A DNA stretch of 64,000 nucleotides from an uncultured Gemmatimonadaceae bacterium (GCA_963829055.1 CAWHHI010000010.1:128001-192000), one strand, 5' to 3'. Counted from the stretch's first letter, positions 22,701-35,370 are shown. A program made the numbers and translations. Notes: generated by a model not told the origin, from the letters alone.

Positions 22701-23876
22701 ACGAGGGTCTTCGTAGACCGAGTACACGTTGTCTGCCGAGAGACCTTCGGGAGCGCCGATGACGGTGAACGACGCGGGCTTCAGCCGGTGAAGACCGGCG
22801 CCCCAGGTGCCGAGCCAGATGCTGCCTTCGTGATCGCGCATGATCGCGGTGATGCTCGACGGGATCGTAGGCGCCGCGCGCGAAAGGACCGGGAGCGTGT
22901 AGATGCGGCGACCATCGCGATACAGCTCTGGCCCGGACGTGTAGAGCATTCTCCCGGACTCATCCGGGACCAGCACCTGCGTGTTGTGCGAAGCCCCGAC
23001 TCTCGGCTGCACTGCGACCGCCCGGCCGGGCTCGAGCCGATAGATCTCGCCCGGCGTGAGTGCCCACGCGACTCCGGTTGCCGGCGAGACGGAGAAATCC
23101 ATCACCTCCCCCCGGTCAACGACCTTCTCCGCTCGATCGCGGAGCCGCCAGATGCCGCCTTCACGGAGGCCAAGCCACAGTGCTCGAGCCGAATCTTCGG
23201 TTATCGCCTGAATGGCCCCTCGCTTCGCCTCATCGGGCTGGCCAATCGCGGCACTCGCGCTATCGCCGTCGATGCGGAACAGACCGCGGCCGCGCACTCC
23301 GACCCACATCGATCCGTCGGAGCGTTGCGCGATCGAGTACACCGGGGCGTCTATGCTCTCCCCTGCAACGCGGACGAATCGGTCGTCGCGGATGATGCCC
23401 AGTCCGTGCTGCGTTCCGATCCAGAGCGTGGCTGCCTTGTCCTCGAAGATGGTCCACACGTCAGTCGTGATCCCGCGGTCGCGTCCGAACGTCGTGAAGC
23501 GTCCATCGCGAAACCGGACCAGCTGATTGTCTTCGGTGCGGAGCCAGAGCGCGCCGTCACGCGCCTCCTGCAGGCTGATGATCCGATTGTTCGGGAGGCC
23601 AGGCGATGTGGCGGAGTTGAAGACGGTGAAGCGGACGCCGTCGAAGCGGGCGAGTCCGTCGAATGTCGCAATCCAGATGTATCCGTCCCGGCTCTGGAGC
23701 AGCGCATTGACGGAGTTGACGGGCAACCCATCCTGCACCGTCCACGACTCGTGGACGAAGGTCTCGGCCGATCGAGGAGCGCGGGTCGGTGCGCTCGGAC
23801 CCTGCGCCGCTGCCACGATGGGAGCAGCGATGAACGCGATGGCGTTCGACAATCCGAGGTGCACGACGTAACCCAT
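19653..23876 (-). CDS. Hybrid two-component sensor/regulator (beta-propeller, Y_Y_Y, HisKA, HATPase, REC, AraC); frameshifts near 22150 and 20190
   Basis: DGLP.NSV..LLQSRDGYIWIAT repeats; YTKVPPGRYTFRV; FFANVSHEFRTPLT; NLLSNAFKFT; GTGIGLAL; DLVISDVMMP; AraC tail VAYAVGFQSLSHFSRSF. Confidence 0.92.
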
Positions 23877-24026
23877 CGCAACAACGTCTCGCTGGAAATT
23901 GCGAAGCGGAAGGTGTCCGGTTTCCCAAATGCGTAATCGTCCGCCGCGGACCTGCATGGCGAAGGGCCGCAGTTGCTGAACACAGAGCTGCGCACGCAGT
24001 TTAGGACGCCCCCAGGCTCAGGCAGG

Positions 24027-25673
24027 ATGATGACACGTCTCAATCCCTACGACGTCGGTCTCGACAAGACTCCCGCGAACTACGCTCCGCTGACGCCACT
24101 CAGCTTTCTCAAGTGGAGCGCGCGCGTATGCCCGGATCGCCTCGCGGTCGTGCACGAGACGCGCCGGTTCACGTGGGCCGAGACCTACGCGCGCGCGCGC
24201 CGGCTGGCCTCCGCGCTCGTGGCCCGAGGGGTAACGACGGGCGACACCGTCGCCACGCTGCTGCCTAACGTGCCGGCGATGTACGAGGCACACTTCGGCG
24301 TGCCGATGACGGGCGCGGTGCTCAACACCCTCAACACACGCCTGGACGCGGCGACCATCCGGTTCATGCTGGAGCATGGCGAGGCGAAGGTGCTCCTCGT
24401 CGACCGCGAGTACGCGAGCCTCGCGGCCACGGCGCTTGCCGGGATCGACTCCCGCCCGCTCGTGATCGACGTCGACGATCCCGCCTACGACGGCGACGGC
24501 AACCCGTTAGGCGAAGTAGAATACGAGGCGCTACTGCGCGACGGCGATCCGGCGTACGACTGGCAGCCGCCGTCAGACGAATGGAACGCGATCTCCCTCA
24601 ACTACACGTCCGGGACCACCGGGAATCCAAAGGGAGTCGTCTACCATCATCGCGGCGCGTATCTCAACGCGATCGGCAACATCCTCTCGTGGAGCATGCC
24701 GCGGTATCCGGTCTATCTCTGGACGTTGCCGATGTTCCACTGCAACGGGTGGTGCTTCCCCTGGAGCATCGCCGCGCAGAGCGGGACGAACGTGTGTCTG
24801 CGGAAGGTCGACGCCGAAGTGATCTTCCGCCTGATCGCCAGGCATCGCGTCACGCACTACTGCGGCGCTCCCATCGTACACAACACACTCACGGGCGCGC
24901 CGCCCGAGATGCGTGAAGGGATCACGCACCGCATCGCGGCGATGGTGGCTGGTGCCTCGCCACCGCCATCGACGATCGAAGCGCTCGAGGCGATCAATAT
25001 CGACCTCACGCACACCTACGGGCTCACCGAGGTCTATGGACCCGCGACCGTGTGCACGAAGCAGGAAGAGTGGGACGATCTCGATCCACACGACCAGGCG
25101 CTTCGCAACGGGCGACAGGGTGTTCCGTATCTGGTCGAGGAAGATGCCGCGGTACTCGACCCCGAGCGCATGGAGCCGGTGCCCGCCGACGGTGAGACCA
25201 TCGGCGAGATCATGTTTCGCGGGAACATCGTGATGAAGGGGTATCTCAAGAACCCGTCCGCCACCGCGAAGGCGTTCGAAGGCGGATGGTTTCACTCGGG
25301 CGATCTCGCCGTCACGCAGCCCGACCAGTACATGAAGATCAAGGACCGCGCGAAGGACATCATCATCTCCGGCGGCGAGAACATCTCGTCACTCGAGGTG
25401 GAGGACGCCCTGCACCGCCATCCGGCCGTGTTCGCCGCGGCGGTGGTGGCGGAGCCGCACGAGAAGTGGGGCGAGACGCCGTGCGCGTTCGTCGAGCTCA
25501 AGCCTAACGCTGTGGTGGCAGAGGGCGACCTCATCGAGCACTGCCGGCAACTCCTCGCGCGCTTCAAGGTGCCGCGCCGCATCGTCTTCGGACCGCTCCC
25601 GAAGACGTCGACGGGGAAGATTCAGAAGTTCATCCTGCGCGAGCGGGCGAAGTCGGCGGCCGCGATCGTCTGA
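24027..25673 (+). CDS. Acyl-CoA synthetase (AMP-binding)
   Basis: YTSGTTGNPKG, YGLTE, GWFHSGDLA, DRAKDIIISGGENISS and LPKTSTGKIQK motifs. Confidence 0.95.
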   Translation: MMTRLNPYDVGLDKTPANYAPLTPLSFLKWSARVCPDRLAVVHETRRFTWAETYARARRLASALVARGVTTGDTVATLLPNVPAMYEAHFGVPMTGAVLNTLNTRLDAATIRFMLEHGEAKVLLVDREYASLAATALAGIDSRPLVIDVDDPAYDGDGNPLGEVEYEALLRDGDPAYDWQPPSDEWNAISLNYTSGTTGNPKGVVYHHRGAYLNAIGNILSWSMPRYPVYLWTLPMFHCNGWCFPWSIAAQSGTNVCLRKVDAEVIFRLIARHRVTHYCGAPIVHNTLTGAPPEMREGITHRIAAMVAGASPPPSTIEALEAINIDLTHTYGLTEVYGPATVCTKQEEWDDLDPHDQALRNGRQGVPYLVEEDAAVLDPERMEPVPADGETIGEIMFRGNIVMKGYLKNPSATAKAFEGGWFHSGDLAVTQPDQYMKIKDRAKDIIISGGENISSLEVEDALHRHPAVFAAAVVAEPHEKWGETPCAFVELKPNAVVAEGDLIEHCRQLLARFKVPRRIVFGPLPKTSTGKIQKFILRERAKSAAAIV

Positions 25674-25674
25674 T

Positions 25675-26001
25675 TCAGGTCGCGGGAAAGAGCATCCGCA
25701 GCACAAACACTGACAATAGGGCGGCGAGGCTCAGCGCGGCCGGCCAGAAGCGAGCAAGGCGCCGGAGCCGGGTCGGGGCCGATCCCGCCGCGCCAGGATC
25801 ACGCGCGCGCAGTTCGGCCAACGCCTGCTCGAACGCACCGGGCGCGATCCCAGCTTCACGTGCCGCCTCGCGCAGCTCGCCAACGGACAGCTCGGCGACA
25901 CGGGCGGCCTCGAGCTCGCTCGCTCGCGCGAGGAGCTGCCGGGCCGCCTTCTCAGGCAGCCGCTCAGCGTCGCGGGTCTGATCGCGCTCGGTCATCGGCA
26001 T
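25675..26001 (-). CDS. Small hypothetical protein with C-terminal TM
   Basis: LLARASELEAA..LSVGELREAAREAGI; GGAGG RBS. Confidence 0.65.
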   Translation of the reverse strand: MPMTERDQTRDAERLPEKAARQLLARASELEAARVAELSVGELREAAREAGIAPGAFEQALAELRARDPGAAGSAPTRLRRLARFWPAALSLAALLSVFVLRMLFPAT

Positions 26002-26119
26002 CCTCCTGCGAAGTGAGTGCGGCGGGGTGGGCGGCGGGATGCTCGGAAAATAGCGCCGCGGCCGGGAGGCGCCCACTCGACATCCCGGCGAGCCAGGGCG
26101 CGTGGCGTCGAATCAGGGG

Positions 26120-26957
26120 CTACGCGCCTATCGCGAGCGACTCGGCTCCGCGCGGCGCGCTGGGCCCGCGACTCCGCCACCACACCACGAGCCAGCGCGG
26201 CGGCGAGGAGTAACGCGTTCGCCGTCCACATGGCGACAAACGGGGAGACCAGTAGCCGCTCGGCGAGCGCTTCGCCCGCAATGAGGGCGACGTAGTACAT
26301 CGCAATGACGTTGGGGAAAGCGACGATCGCCAACGCGACGCCGTCGTGTGGGGAGAGAAGTGCGAGCGCCACGCCGGTCAGCGCCAGGACCACGGACGCC
26401 GCGGAGAGGGCGTACTTCTTCTGGATCTCGACCTCGTACGAGACCGCGCGCGCCGCGGAGGCCGACCCGGCGTCCGCCCGGGCGCCGCGTGCCGCCGTCC
26501 GCAGCTCGGCGATCGTCATCTCGCGGTCGCCCCGCTCGACTGCGCGGCCCGCCTGCACGAGCCGCCAGCCGCTGGTTCGCGCGGGGGAGGATCTGGTCGT
26601 TCGAACACGAACATCAGCGTGGCGACGCCGGCCGCGGCCACGAGTACGGGCACGACCAGGCGGCGGATGCCGTGGTGCTCCGTGCGAGCCGCCGTGAGCA
26701 CTCCCTCCCGGCCGAGCTGGGTGAAGACCCAGAGCACGGCGAGGAGGACCGCCATCGGGACCGTCATCGCCGCCGTGAACGGCACCGCGAGCAGCACAGC
26801 CGCGACGAGGGCGCCGGTCGGGACTCCCCGCGCGCGCAGCTCCGGCAGCTGCTTCGTCGCGTAATTGGCGAGCAGGAACGTCGTCACCGACGACGAAGGC
26901 AACGGCGAAGGCGATGGCGTGGCGGTGCAGGAGCTGCCGGGTCGTGGGGTTCGGCAT
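26120..26957 (-). CDS. LptF/LptG-family permease-like protein (frameshifted)
   Basis: LAVPFTAAMTVPMAVLLAVL..LGREG; ERGDREMTIAEL..YEVEIQKKYALS; SPFVAMWTAN. Confidence 0.65.
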
Positions 26958-27083
26958 TGACGGACCTCAGGAGATGTGCGCCGTCCTACAGACTGGATAC
27001 GACCTTCGCCAGCGAGAGTGTGCGTCGCGGGGTGTGAGCGCCAGTCGTTCGTCAGCTCGGGTCGAGCGGTGGAGACGCTTCCG

Positions 27084-29529
27084 CTACTCCGCGCGAAGCG
27101 CTTCCGCCGGGTCGACGTGCGCCGCCCGCCTCGCGGGGAACCAACTCGCCAGCGAGGCCGTCGCGACGAGCACCAGCGCTGCTCCAGCCAGTGTCAGAGG
27201 ATCACTCGGCGTGACGCCATACAGAAATGCTCGCAGGAACGGCGCCGCGATCGCGTAGAGCACGAAACCGGCAGCGACGCCGCTCGCGGTCAACGCCAGT
27301 CCGCGCATCGCGACTGACTGAGCGAGTTGCTGGGGGGAGGCGCCGAGCGCGACGCGCACGCCGAACTCGCGGGTTCTGAGTGCGACCGTGTACGCCATCA
27401 CGCCATACAACCCGATCGTTCCGAGCAGCAGCGTGATCGCGGCCGCAGCCAGTCATGAGCGTCAGCGCCAGCGAGAGACGCGACGTGGACGCGCGGACGA
27501 CGTCGCTCATGGTCTCGACATTGAAGATCGGAACCGTCGGGTCGAGGTCGCGCACAACCCGCCTAACGGCTGCCACCACGGCGGCCGGCGGCCCGGATGT
27601 CCTGACGACGAGCGCCATCGTGTGTCGCGCACTCGGTTCCGTCGTCGGATCGATCGGGACGACCTGGGGCACGTAGACCGTTGCGGACGGTGGCGTGGCC
27701 AGGTCATAGTCGCGCACGTCTCCGACGACGCCGATGATCGTGTATGTCGGTCCCGAAGGCGCCAACCCCAGACGCTTTCCTAACGCGGCCTTGCCGGTGG
27801 GATCCTGCCAGATCGTCGCCGCGGCCCGCTGGCTGATGATCACGTCGCCGTCGCGTTGGAGCCCGAGGCGCTGAAAGCCGCGGCCAGCAACGAGAGGAAT
27901 CCGCATGGTCGCGAAGTATCCGTCGTCGACGACGTTCGTGGGCAGAGACAGCGTTCGCCCTTCGACACGAAACGACTGCTCACGCGTTTCACCGGCGCCA
28001 AGCGGGAGTCGCGTCGTCAGGCCGGCCGCGCGAACACCCGGGAGCTGCCCAGCCAACTCGGTCAGCCGTGCGTAGAAGGCCACGGACGACGAATCGCCAT
28101 AGCGCGCGAACGGCAGTTGGGTCCAGATCGTCACGACGTTGGTGGCGTCGAACCCCGGACGCTCCTGATACAATCGGTGGAAGGTGCGCAGCAACAGCGC
28201 GGATCCCACTGAGACCATGAGCGCCACGGCGATCTGAAGGACGGCAATCGCTGCTCGGAGTCGCTGCCGCGTCCTTCCCGCCGTCTCGCCGCGCCCTCCG
28301 TCACGCAGGTTGATCGAAAGGGTCGCGCGTCGAATACGAATCGTGGGCATCACGCCGCAGATGACCGCCCCCAGAATCGAAATGACGACGGCGAATCCCA
28401 CCGTCGTTAGGCCCGGCCTCAACTCCGCGAGACGAGGGACGTCGGCCGGACCGAACGCCACCAGCGCGTGGACTGCCCCCCACGCCGCGAGGAGCGCGAC
28501 AGCGGCGGCGGCTGCGGTGAGCACGATCGATTCGCCCATGAAATGGGTGGCGATGCGCAGGCGGCTTGCGCCGAGCGCCTCGCGGACCGCGAGCTCGAGT
28601 TGGCGCCCGTCGGCACGGATCAACAGGAGATTGGCGACGTTGGCCCACGCGACGAGCAACACGAGGCCCGCGGCGGCGGCCAGCATCCACAGCGTACGCG
28701 CGATTCCGCTCGTGACCTCGTCGCGCAACGGAAGCACGATGGGCCTGGGGTTCGCCTGATCGAGCCACTCCGCCGTCGCCGTTCCCGATTCCAGACGCGG
28801 GAACGACTCGGCCATTCGTGGCAGCACGTCCGCGAGCTCGCGCTGCGCCTGCTGGAGTGTGGCGTTAGGCGCGAGCCGCGCCACACTCGAGTAGGTGAAG
28901 TCTCCCAACGCCGGGCTGCTCTGATCGAGCCTCACGGGGAGCCAGAGCCGCGTGTCGGCCGCCGGGAAGACGAACCGCTCCGGCATGACGCCGACAATTT
29001 CACGCGGGACGCTGTTGGCGATCAGCGTCTTTCCGATGACGTCGCGAGCCGCGTTGAAGCGCGTTCGCCACAGGGACTCGCTCAGGATGACGGCGTTCGG
29101 ACCGTTCAGCCGCTCCTCATCCGTCGTGAACGAGCGACCGAGAAGCGGCCTCACCTGAAGGAGTGGGATCATCGACGCGGTCACCCACGTCGCGGTCACG
29201 CGCTCGGGGAGGTCGTCGCCGTCACCCATCCAGATATTGGCGTTGCCGGTTCTATAGAAGCCGACATCGTCGAGACGTCGCGCGAAGCGCCTGTAGGTGA
29301 AGTAGACACCGGGCGGCTGCTGTATGCGGCGGAGCTCGGTCGTTTGCAGGCCGACGCTGACCAGGCGATCCGGGTGTCCGTACGGCAGCGGCTCGAGCAA
29401 CACGCCATACACGATGGCGAACATCGACGTGACCGAGCCGATACCGAGAACGAGTGTGAGGATCACCGCGACGGTGAACACCGGCGTGCGCTTCAGTGAT
29501 CTCAACGCGTGTCGGAGCGAAGTCGGCAT
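27084..29529 (-). CDS. ADOP-type duplicated ABC permease (MacB/FtsX), frameshift near 27450
   Basis: LRSLKRTPVFT..LGIG; ANVANLLL.RA..R..ELAVR.ALGA; GLYGVMAY.V..RTREFGVRVALGA; PARRAA.VDP. Confidence 0.9.
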
Positions 29530-29774
29530 GATCAGCTCATTGCTTTCTTCACGAGTGCGCCGATACGTGCTTCTCGGCGAAGCACCTAACGCCTTGACTC
29601 AGTATGATCTGGTGACGAACCGAACGCACATTGCCTGTCGACGCACCGTCACTGCGCCCTAGATTGGGCTCATTGCCGCCCGAGCGGTAGGACTTCCCAA
29701 AGATTCTGCTCCCGCCCCCTCACGCGGCGATCATCGGTTCGTGCAGATCGCCCGGATAATCCAGGTATCGAGGT

Positions 29775-31120
29775 ATGCGCAGACTCCCCCTCCTCATCGC
29801 GGTGCTCGCTCTCACGGACGGCGCCGTCGGAGCGCAGCAACCGTCGCTCCCGACACCGCCACGAGGACACCCGATCTTGCCCGCGCCGGAATCACCGCGC
29901 ATGGCTGAGCTCCGTGAACGATTGCGGCGCGGCGACTCGACAGCGCTCGCGACATTCTGGACGCGCGCCGCGTCCGAGCGGACACCGATCATCGAGACCA
30001 TTCCTGGAGATAGCGCTCGCGTTCTCGCGACATTCGTGTACCGGGACACCACACCGCTGTCGAATGTCGTCATCTCCGGCGGCGTCGCAGGCTGGGTCGA
30101 TGCGCTCACCGTGATGGAACACGTGGCCGGCACCGACCTGTGGTACAAGAGCGTTCCCGTGCGGAAGGACATACGCATCGGTATCAGTTCCGGAAGAACG
30201 ACTCCCTGTTCCCGTGGTTCGTGGATCCGAACTTCGCCAAACGCTGGGCCGCGGGGTTTGCGGATCCGCTGAACCCGAAGGTCGAAGCGCTTCCTGCGGG
30301 ACCACGTTCGGCATTCGACGCGGCCGTCGCCCACGCACGCAGCCGTGGGACGCGGTCCGCCGGGGCCGCGCCGGCAAGCTGAGCGCCGCCACGTTCACCA
30401 GCTCACACGGCACGAGCAGCGCGATCTCTGGAAGTACACGCCACCGGTTACGACACCACGGCAGCACGGCGAGCGGGTGGCCTGCCAGATCTCGTGCGTT
30501 TGACGGTGGCGCGTGTACGGGACGCCTGGTGCCACACCGCACCATCCTCGACAACATGCTCGCCGATCGTCGGATCGCGCCGATCATCGTCGTGCTTCAT
30601 CGCCAACGGTAGCCAGCGGATGCAGGAGCTTGCCGCGAATCCAGACTTCGCCGACTTCGTCGCCGATGAAGTGATGCCGTGGGTTCGTCAACGTTATGCG
30701 GTGACGTCATCTCCAGGGAAAACAGCGATCGGCGGATCGAGTCACGGCGCCCAGGCAACGTCGTGGCGCTCCGCTACCCGGGGCTGTTCGGCCAGGTGAT
30801 CTCGCAGTCCGCGTCGCAGGTGGGGGCCCGAGGGCGAGGACGGCGAGTGGCTTCGCGCCGTCGCGACGATCGCAAGCTCCCGGTGCGGTTCTACAGGGGT
30901 CGGAGTCTACGAGACGGATCGCTCGGCCAACCAGGGGCCGGGCCAGGTGTGGCCAAACCGTCACTTCCGTGACGTGCTGCGAGCGAAGGGATACGACGTC
31001 GACTATCGCGAGTTCGCCGAAGCGCACGAGTACCTCAACGGCGCGGGACGATCACGAGGCACTCATGCCGATCTTCCCGGCGCCGCATCGCGATCGGCCA
31101 ACTCGCACGGAATTTCAGCG
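29775..31120 (+). pseudogene. Enterochelin esterase (Fes)-like alpha/beta hydrolase, many frameshifts
   Basis: Pieces across frames: FW..A..RTPIIE, TDLWY, YTPPGYD, ILDNMLA..RIAP, FVADEVMPWV..Y, nucleophile GGSSHG, LRAKGYDVDYREF. Could be intact in vivo. Confidence 0.7.
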
Positions 31121-31122
31121 CC

Positions 31123-33592
31123 TTACTCCCCGTACGGCACCCAGATGTTCTTGACCTGCGTCGCCTCGCGGAGGAACTCGCGCCCTTCCCCGTGACGCGC
31201 GTCGAGCCAGTCGCGGCGCTGCCACGTCGCCCACGTCCGCTTCATGTTCACCGCCGACGCCTCCTCGACCAGCTTCACGCCGGCCGCGGCACCGAAGTAC
31301 CAGACCGCCTCCACGTCATCATGCTCGGCAAGCACGCGCGCGAGCGCGTCCTTCGCGCCGGTGACGATGTTGACGACTCCAGCCGGCACGTCCGACGTCT
31401 CGAGCACGCTGTAGAAGTCCGTGGCGGAGAGTGGCATGCGGCTCCGACGGGATCACCACCGTCGCGTTTCCCATCGCGATCGCCGGCGCGACGAGCGAGA
31501 TGAGGCCGAGCAGCGGACGCTCGGAGGGGCACGCGATGCCGACGACGCCGATCGGCTCGTTCATCGCGAGCGCGACGCCGCGGATCGGCACGTTATGCAC
31601 GGCGCCGTCGTACTTGTCCGCCCACGCGGCGTACGTGAACAGCCGCGAGATCGACGCGTCCACTTCACGCGACGCCTCGATCTCGCCGCAGCCGGTCTGG
31701 GCATCTACTCGCCGCGCGAACTCCTCGGCGCGCGCCGCCAGGTTCTCCCCGATGTAGAACAGGATCTGTGCGCGCAGGTGCCCGGTCGCCTTCCCCCACC
31801 CCTTCCACGCCGAGTGGGCGGCCTCGACGGCGTTGCGGATGTCCTTGCGGTTGCCTTCGCCAACCTCTCCGATCAGCGCCCCGTTAGGCGCGTGAACGCG
31901 GCGGACATGCCCCTGGTCGGGGCGCGTCTGCTTACCGCCGATGAACAGCTTGGGGGTACGGTTGATGGCTGGAACCCGTAGCGGTCGGCGACCGTCGTGC
32001 GCGGCGTTCGCCCGGTCGTTAGGCCCCGATGTGCCACGTCCAAGGTGTCCGGATTCCCATGTGGCGTGCGTCGCGTTGCCTCGATTGCTAGCCTCCCCAG
32101 TCCCCAGTCCCGCGTCCCCAGTCCCCACACCGACGGGCTTCACGTACTCCCACATGCCCTCGCGTCCACCCTCGCGCCCGAATCCACTCTCGCGGTAGCC
32201 GCCGAACCCGCTCGACGCGTCGAACAGGTTCGTGGAGTTGATCCAGACGACGCCAGCCTTGATCTTCGGCGCGATGTCGAGCGCGAGGTTGATGCTCTCG
32301 GTCCAGATGCTCGCCGCGAGTCCGAATGGCGTGTTGTTCGCGAGCGCGACCGACTCCTCCGGCGTGCGGAACGTCATCGTCACGAGCACGGGACCGAAGA
32401 TCTCGACCTGCGCGATCATCGACGACGGCTGCACGTCAGTGAACAGCGTCGGCGGATAGAAGTAGCCCTCGGTCGGACACGCCCACGACGGCTGCCACAT
32501 CGTCGCGCCCTCGTCGACACCGCGCTGCACGAGACCGCGGATGCGATCGAGCTGCACCGGCGCGACGATGGCGCCCATGTCGATCGCCTTGTCGAGCGGT
32601 TGACCGATGCGAAGCTTCTCCATCCGCGCGCGCAGCTTCGTCGTCAGGCGATCGGCGATCCCTTCCTGCACGAGCAGACGCGAGCCGGCGCAGCACACCT
32701 GCCCCTGATTGAACCAGATCGCGTCGACGACACCCTCGACGACGCTGTCGAGATCCGCGTCGTCGTAGACGATGAACGGGCTCTTGCCCCCGAGCTCGAG
32801 CGACAGCTTCTTGCCGCTGCCGGCCGTGGCGCGGCGGATGATGCGACCGACTTCCGTCGACCCAGTGAACGCGATCTTGTCGACGTCCGGGTGTTCGACG
32901 AGGAGCTTCCCGGTCTCGCCATCGCCGGTCACGATGTTGAGCACCCCCGCGGGAATCCCCGCCTCGCCCGCGATCTCGGCGAAGAGGAGCGCGGTGAGCG
33001 GCGTGAACTCCGCCGGCTTGAGCACGACCGTGTTTCCCGCGGCGAGCGCCGGCGCAACTTTCCACGCCAGCATGAGCAGCGGGAAGTTCCACGGAATGAT
33101 CTGACCAACGACGCCGACCGACGTGTAGCCGGCGAACTCGCTCTCGAACAGCTGCGCCCAGCCGGCGTGGTGGTAGAAGTGCCGGGCGACGAGCGGGATG
33201 TCGAGGTCGCGCGTCTCGCGGATGGATTTGCCGTTGTCCATGCTCTCGACGACGGCGAACAGGCGCGAGTGCTTCTGGATCTCGCGCGCGAGCGCGTACA
33301 GATGCCGCGCGCGCCCGTGGCCCGAGAGTCCCTTCCATCCGGGGAGCGCCTGCTTCGCGGCGGCAACGGCGGCGTCGATGTCGGGCTTCGCCCCCTGCGA
33401 CACGCGCGCGAGCACGGCGGCGGTGGATGGGTCGATGACATCGAACGTCTTCCCCGGGCGCGACCAGATTCCGTCGATGAAGTGTCCGAACTGCTGCTCG
33501 CGATGCGACGCGAGCCAGCGGCGAGCCTCCGCGTCCGACTCGGGCGCAGGACCATACTCCATACTCCGAAAAATCTCAGCGACGGTCGTCAT
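31123..33592 (-). CDS. Two-domain aldehyde dehydrogenase (ALDH16-like), frameshift near 31435
   Basis: IIPWNFP, FTGSTEVG, LELGGKSP, NQGQVCCAG and EIFGPV; second ALDH half ends ATQVKNIWVPYGE. Confidence 0.92.
32094..32128. repeat. Heptamer tandem repeat (TCCCCAG)x5 in the ALDH linker
   Basis: TCCCCAG TCCCCAG TCCCGCG TCCCCAG TCCCCAC. Confidence 0.75.
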
Positions 33593-33649
33593 GGAGGAGA
33601 GGAAAAGAGGCGATCGTTAGGCGACAAACAGCGTGAACGGCGCAGAACA

Positions 33650-33864
33650 GAACGGCGCCAAATCCCAGACAGCGCGAAATCCCGAAGAGCGCGGAATCCC
33701 GAACGGCGCCAAATGCCAGACGGCGCGAAATCCCAGACGGCGCCAAACGGCGGTGCCATTCCGCTCTTTGTCGCTGTTCGGGATTTCGCGCAGTCTGGAA
33801 TTTCGCGCTGTCTGGGATTCCGCGCCGTTCGGGATTTGGCGCCGTTCGGGATTTGGCGCCGTTC
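33650..33864. repeat. Palindrome formed by two inverted arrays of 17-bp tandem repeats
   Basis: Five full units plus a partial of consensus (GA/AG)ACGGCGCSAAATCCC at 33650-33747, and five reverse-complement units at 33780-33864. Confidence 0.92.
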
Positions 33865-33881
33865 GGCCTTTCGCATTTTCT

Positions 33882-35072
33882 TCATGGCATTGGCATTCGG
33901 TATGCCGCCGCGTATCGGCCCGTCACGAAGTGCTCCAGCTGACGCTCGATGTCGGTGAGCAGCGCGCTGGCGCCGAAGCGGAACAGGTCCGCGCGGAGCC
34001 AACGGTCGCCGAGCTCCTCCTTCATCAGATAGAGGTACTCGAGCGCCGTCTTGGCCGAGCGGATGCCGCCGGCGGGCTTGAAGCCGATGGCGTACCCCGT
34101 GCGCTCCTGGTATTCGCGGATCATCCGACACATCACGAGGGCGAACGGCAGCGTCGCGTTGACGCCTTCCTTCCCCGTCGACGTCTTGATGAAGTCCGCG
34201 CCGGCCTGCATGGCGACCATGCTCGCGCGGGCGACGTTGCCTAACGTCGCGAGCTCGCCGGTCGCGAGAATCGCCTTCATGTGCGCGTCGCCACACGCCT
34301 CGCGGAACTGCCGCACCTCGTCGTACAGCGCGGCATAGTTGCCCGTGAGCACGTGGGCGCGCGTGATGACGATGTCGATCTCGCGCGCGCCGGCGGCCAC
34401 CGAGGCGCGGATCTCGGACACGCGCTCCTCGAGCGGGCTCAGGCCGGCGGGAAATCCCGTCGACACCGCCGCCACCGGGATGTCCGTCCCGGCGAGTGCG
34501 TCGACCGCCGTCGGCACCATCGCGTGGTACACGCAGACCGCACCGACCGTGATCCCGAGCTGCTCGACGCCTAACGACCGAGCGAGGTCGTCGCGCAACG
34601 GCCGGCGTGCCTTCGCGCACAGGCGCCGCACCGTGCCGGGCGTGTCGTCGCCGGAGAGCGTGGTGAGGTCCATGAGCGTGATCGCGCGCAGCAGCCACGC
34701 CGCCTGCCACTCCTTCTTGACGGTGCGACGCGTCGGGATCGTCGCCGCCCGACGCTCGACGGCGCTCCGGTTGACGCGGATTGCGCGTACGACGTCGAGG
34801 TCCAGAGGAATGCCTGGGTTCCGCGCCGGATGATGATCCGAGGCCCCGGAGCGCTGAGGCAGCGCTTCCCGACCGTCGTCTCGTGCGACTTCGACGACGG
34901 GCTGCTCGCGCGCCGTCTCGGGCGCGGATTCGCGCAGCGCCTCGTGGTCCTGCTCACGCTCTGCCGGCGGCGCGGTGCTCACCAGGCGCGGCCCCGTCTC
35001 AGACGGGATCGGCGGGGAATTCTGCTCGCCAGGCGGCGACGGGACAGGCTCGATGAACCGCTTCAAGGACAT
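33882..35072 (-). CDS. deoC: Deoxyribose-phosphate aldolase with N-terminal extension
   Basis: MDLTTLSGDDT, AVCVY, STGFPAG, EIDIVI, ADFIKTSTGK, GFKPAGGI and FRFGASALL motifs; start uncertain. Confidence 0.93.
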   Translation of the reverse strand: MSLKRFIEPVPSPPGEQNSPPIPSETGPRLVSTAPPAEREQDHEALRESAPETAREQPVVEVARDDGREALPQRSGASDHHPARNPGIPLDLDVVRAIRVNRSAVERRAATIPTRRTVKKEWQAAWLLRAITLMDLTTLSGDDTPGTVRRLCAKARRPLRDDLARSLGVEQLGITVGAVCVYHAMVPTAVDALAGTDIPVAAVSTGFPAGLSPLEERVSEIRASVAAGAREIDIVITRAHVLTGNYAALYDEVRQFREACGDAHMKAILATGELATLGNVARASMVAMQAGADFIKTSTGKEGVNATLPFALVMCRMIREYQERTGYAIGFKPAGGIRSAKTALEYLYLMKEELGDRWLRADLFRFGASALLTDIERQLEHFVTGRYAAAYRMPMP

Positions 35073-35370
35073 GACGACCACCACGGAACCGCGGGGGAGA
35101 AACCGGCGTAGCCCTTCGAGGACAAGCTACTCTAAGGTAGGAGCAGGGACGCGCCGCGTGGAGGGGGACTATCTACCCGACGGTCTGCCTTCCCCGCTGG
35201 GCATGAACGCCGCCGGCCTCCTCGGGACGCTGGGCGTAGAGTACGCTCGGGCCTGCTCCACCGGTGCTCGCGCAGCTCGAATACCGCACGATGCTCGGTC
35301 TCGCCACAGTACGGTAGACATACACGATCGCGTGTCGCGCCTAACGCCTGATGTTCGGTTGCGGCGTCCT

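Noticed and set aside
33650..33864. Possible CRISPR array
   Set aside because: The 17-bp units are contiguous with no spacers, and there are no cas genes.
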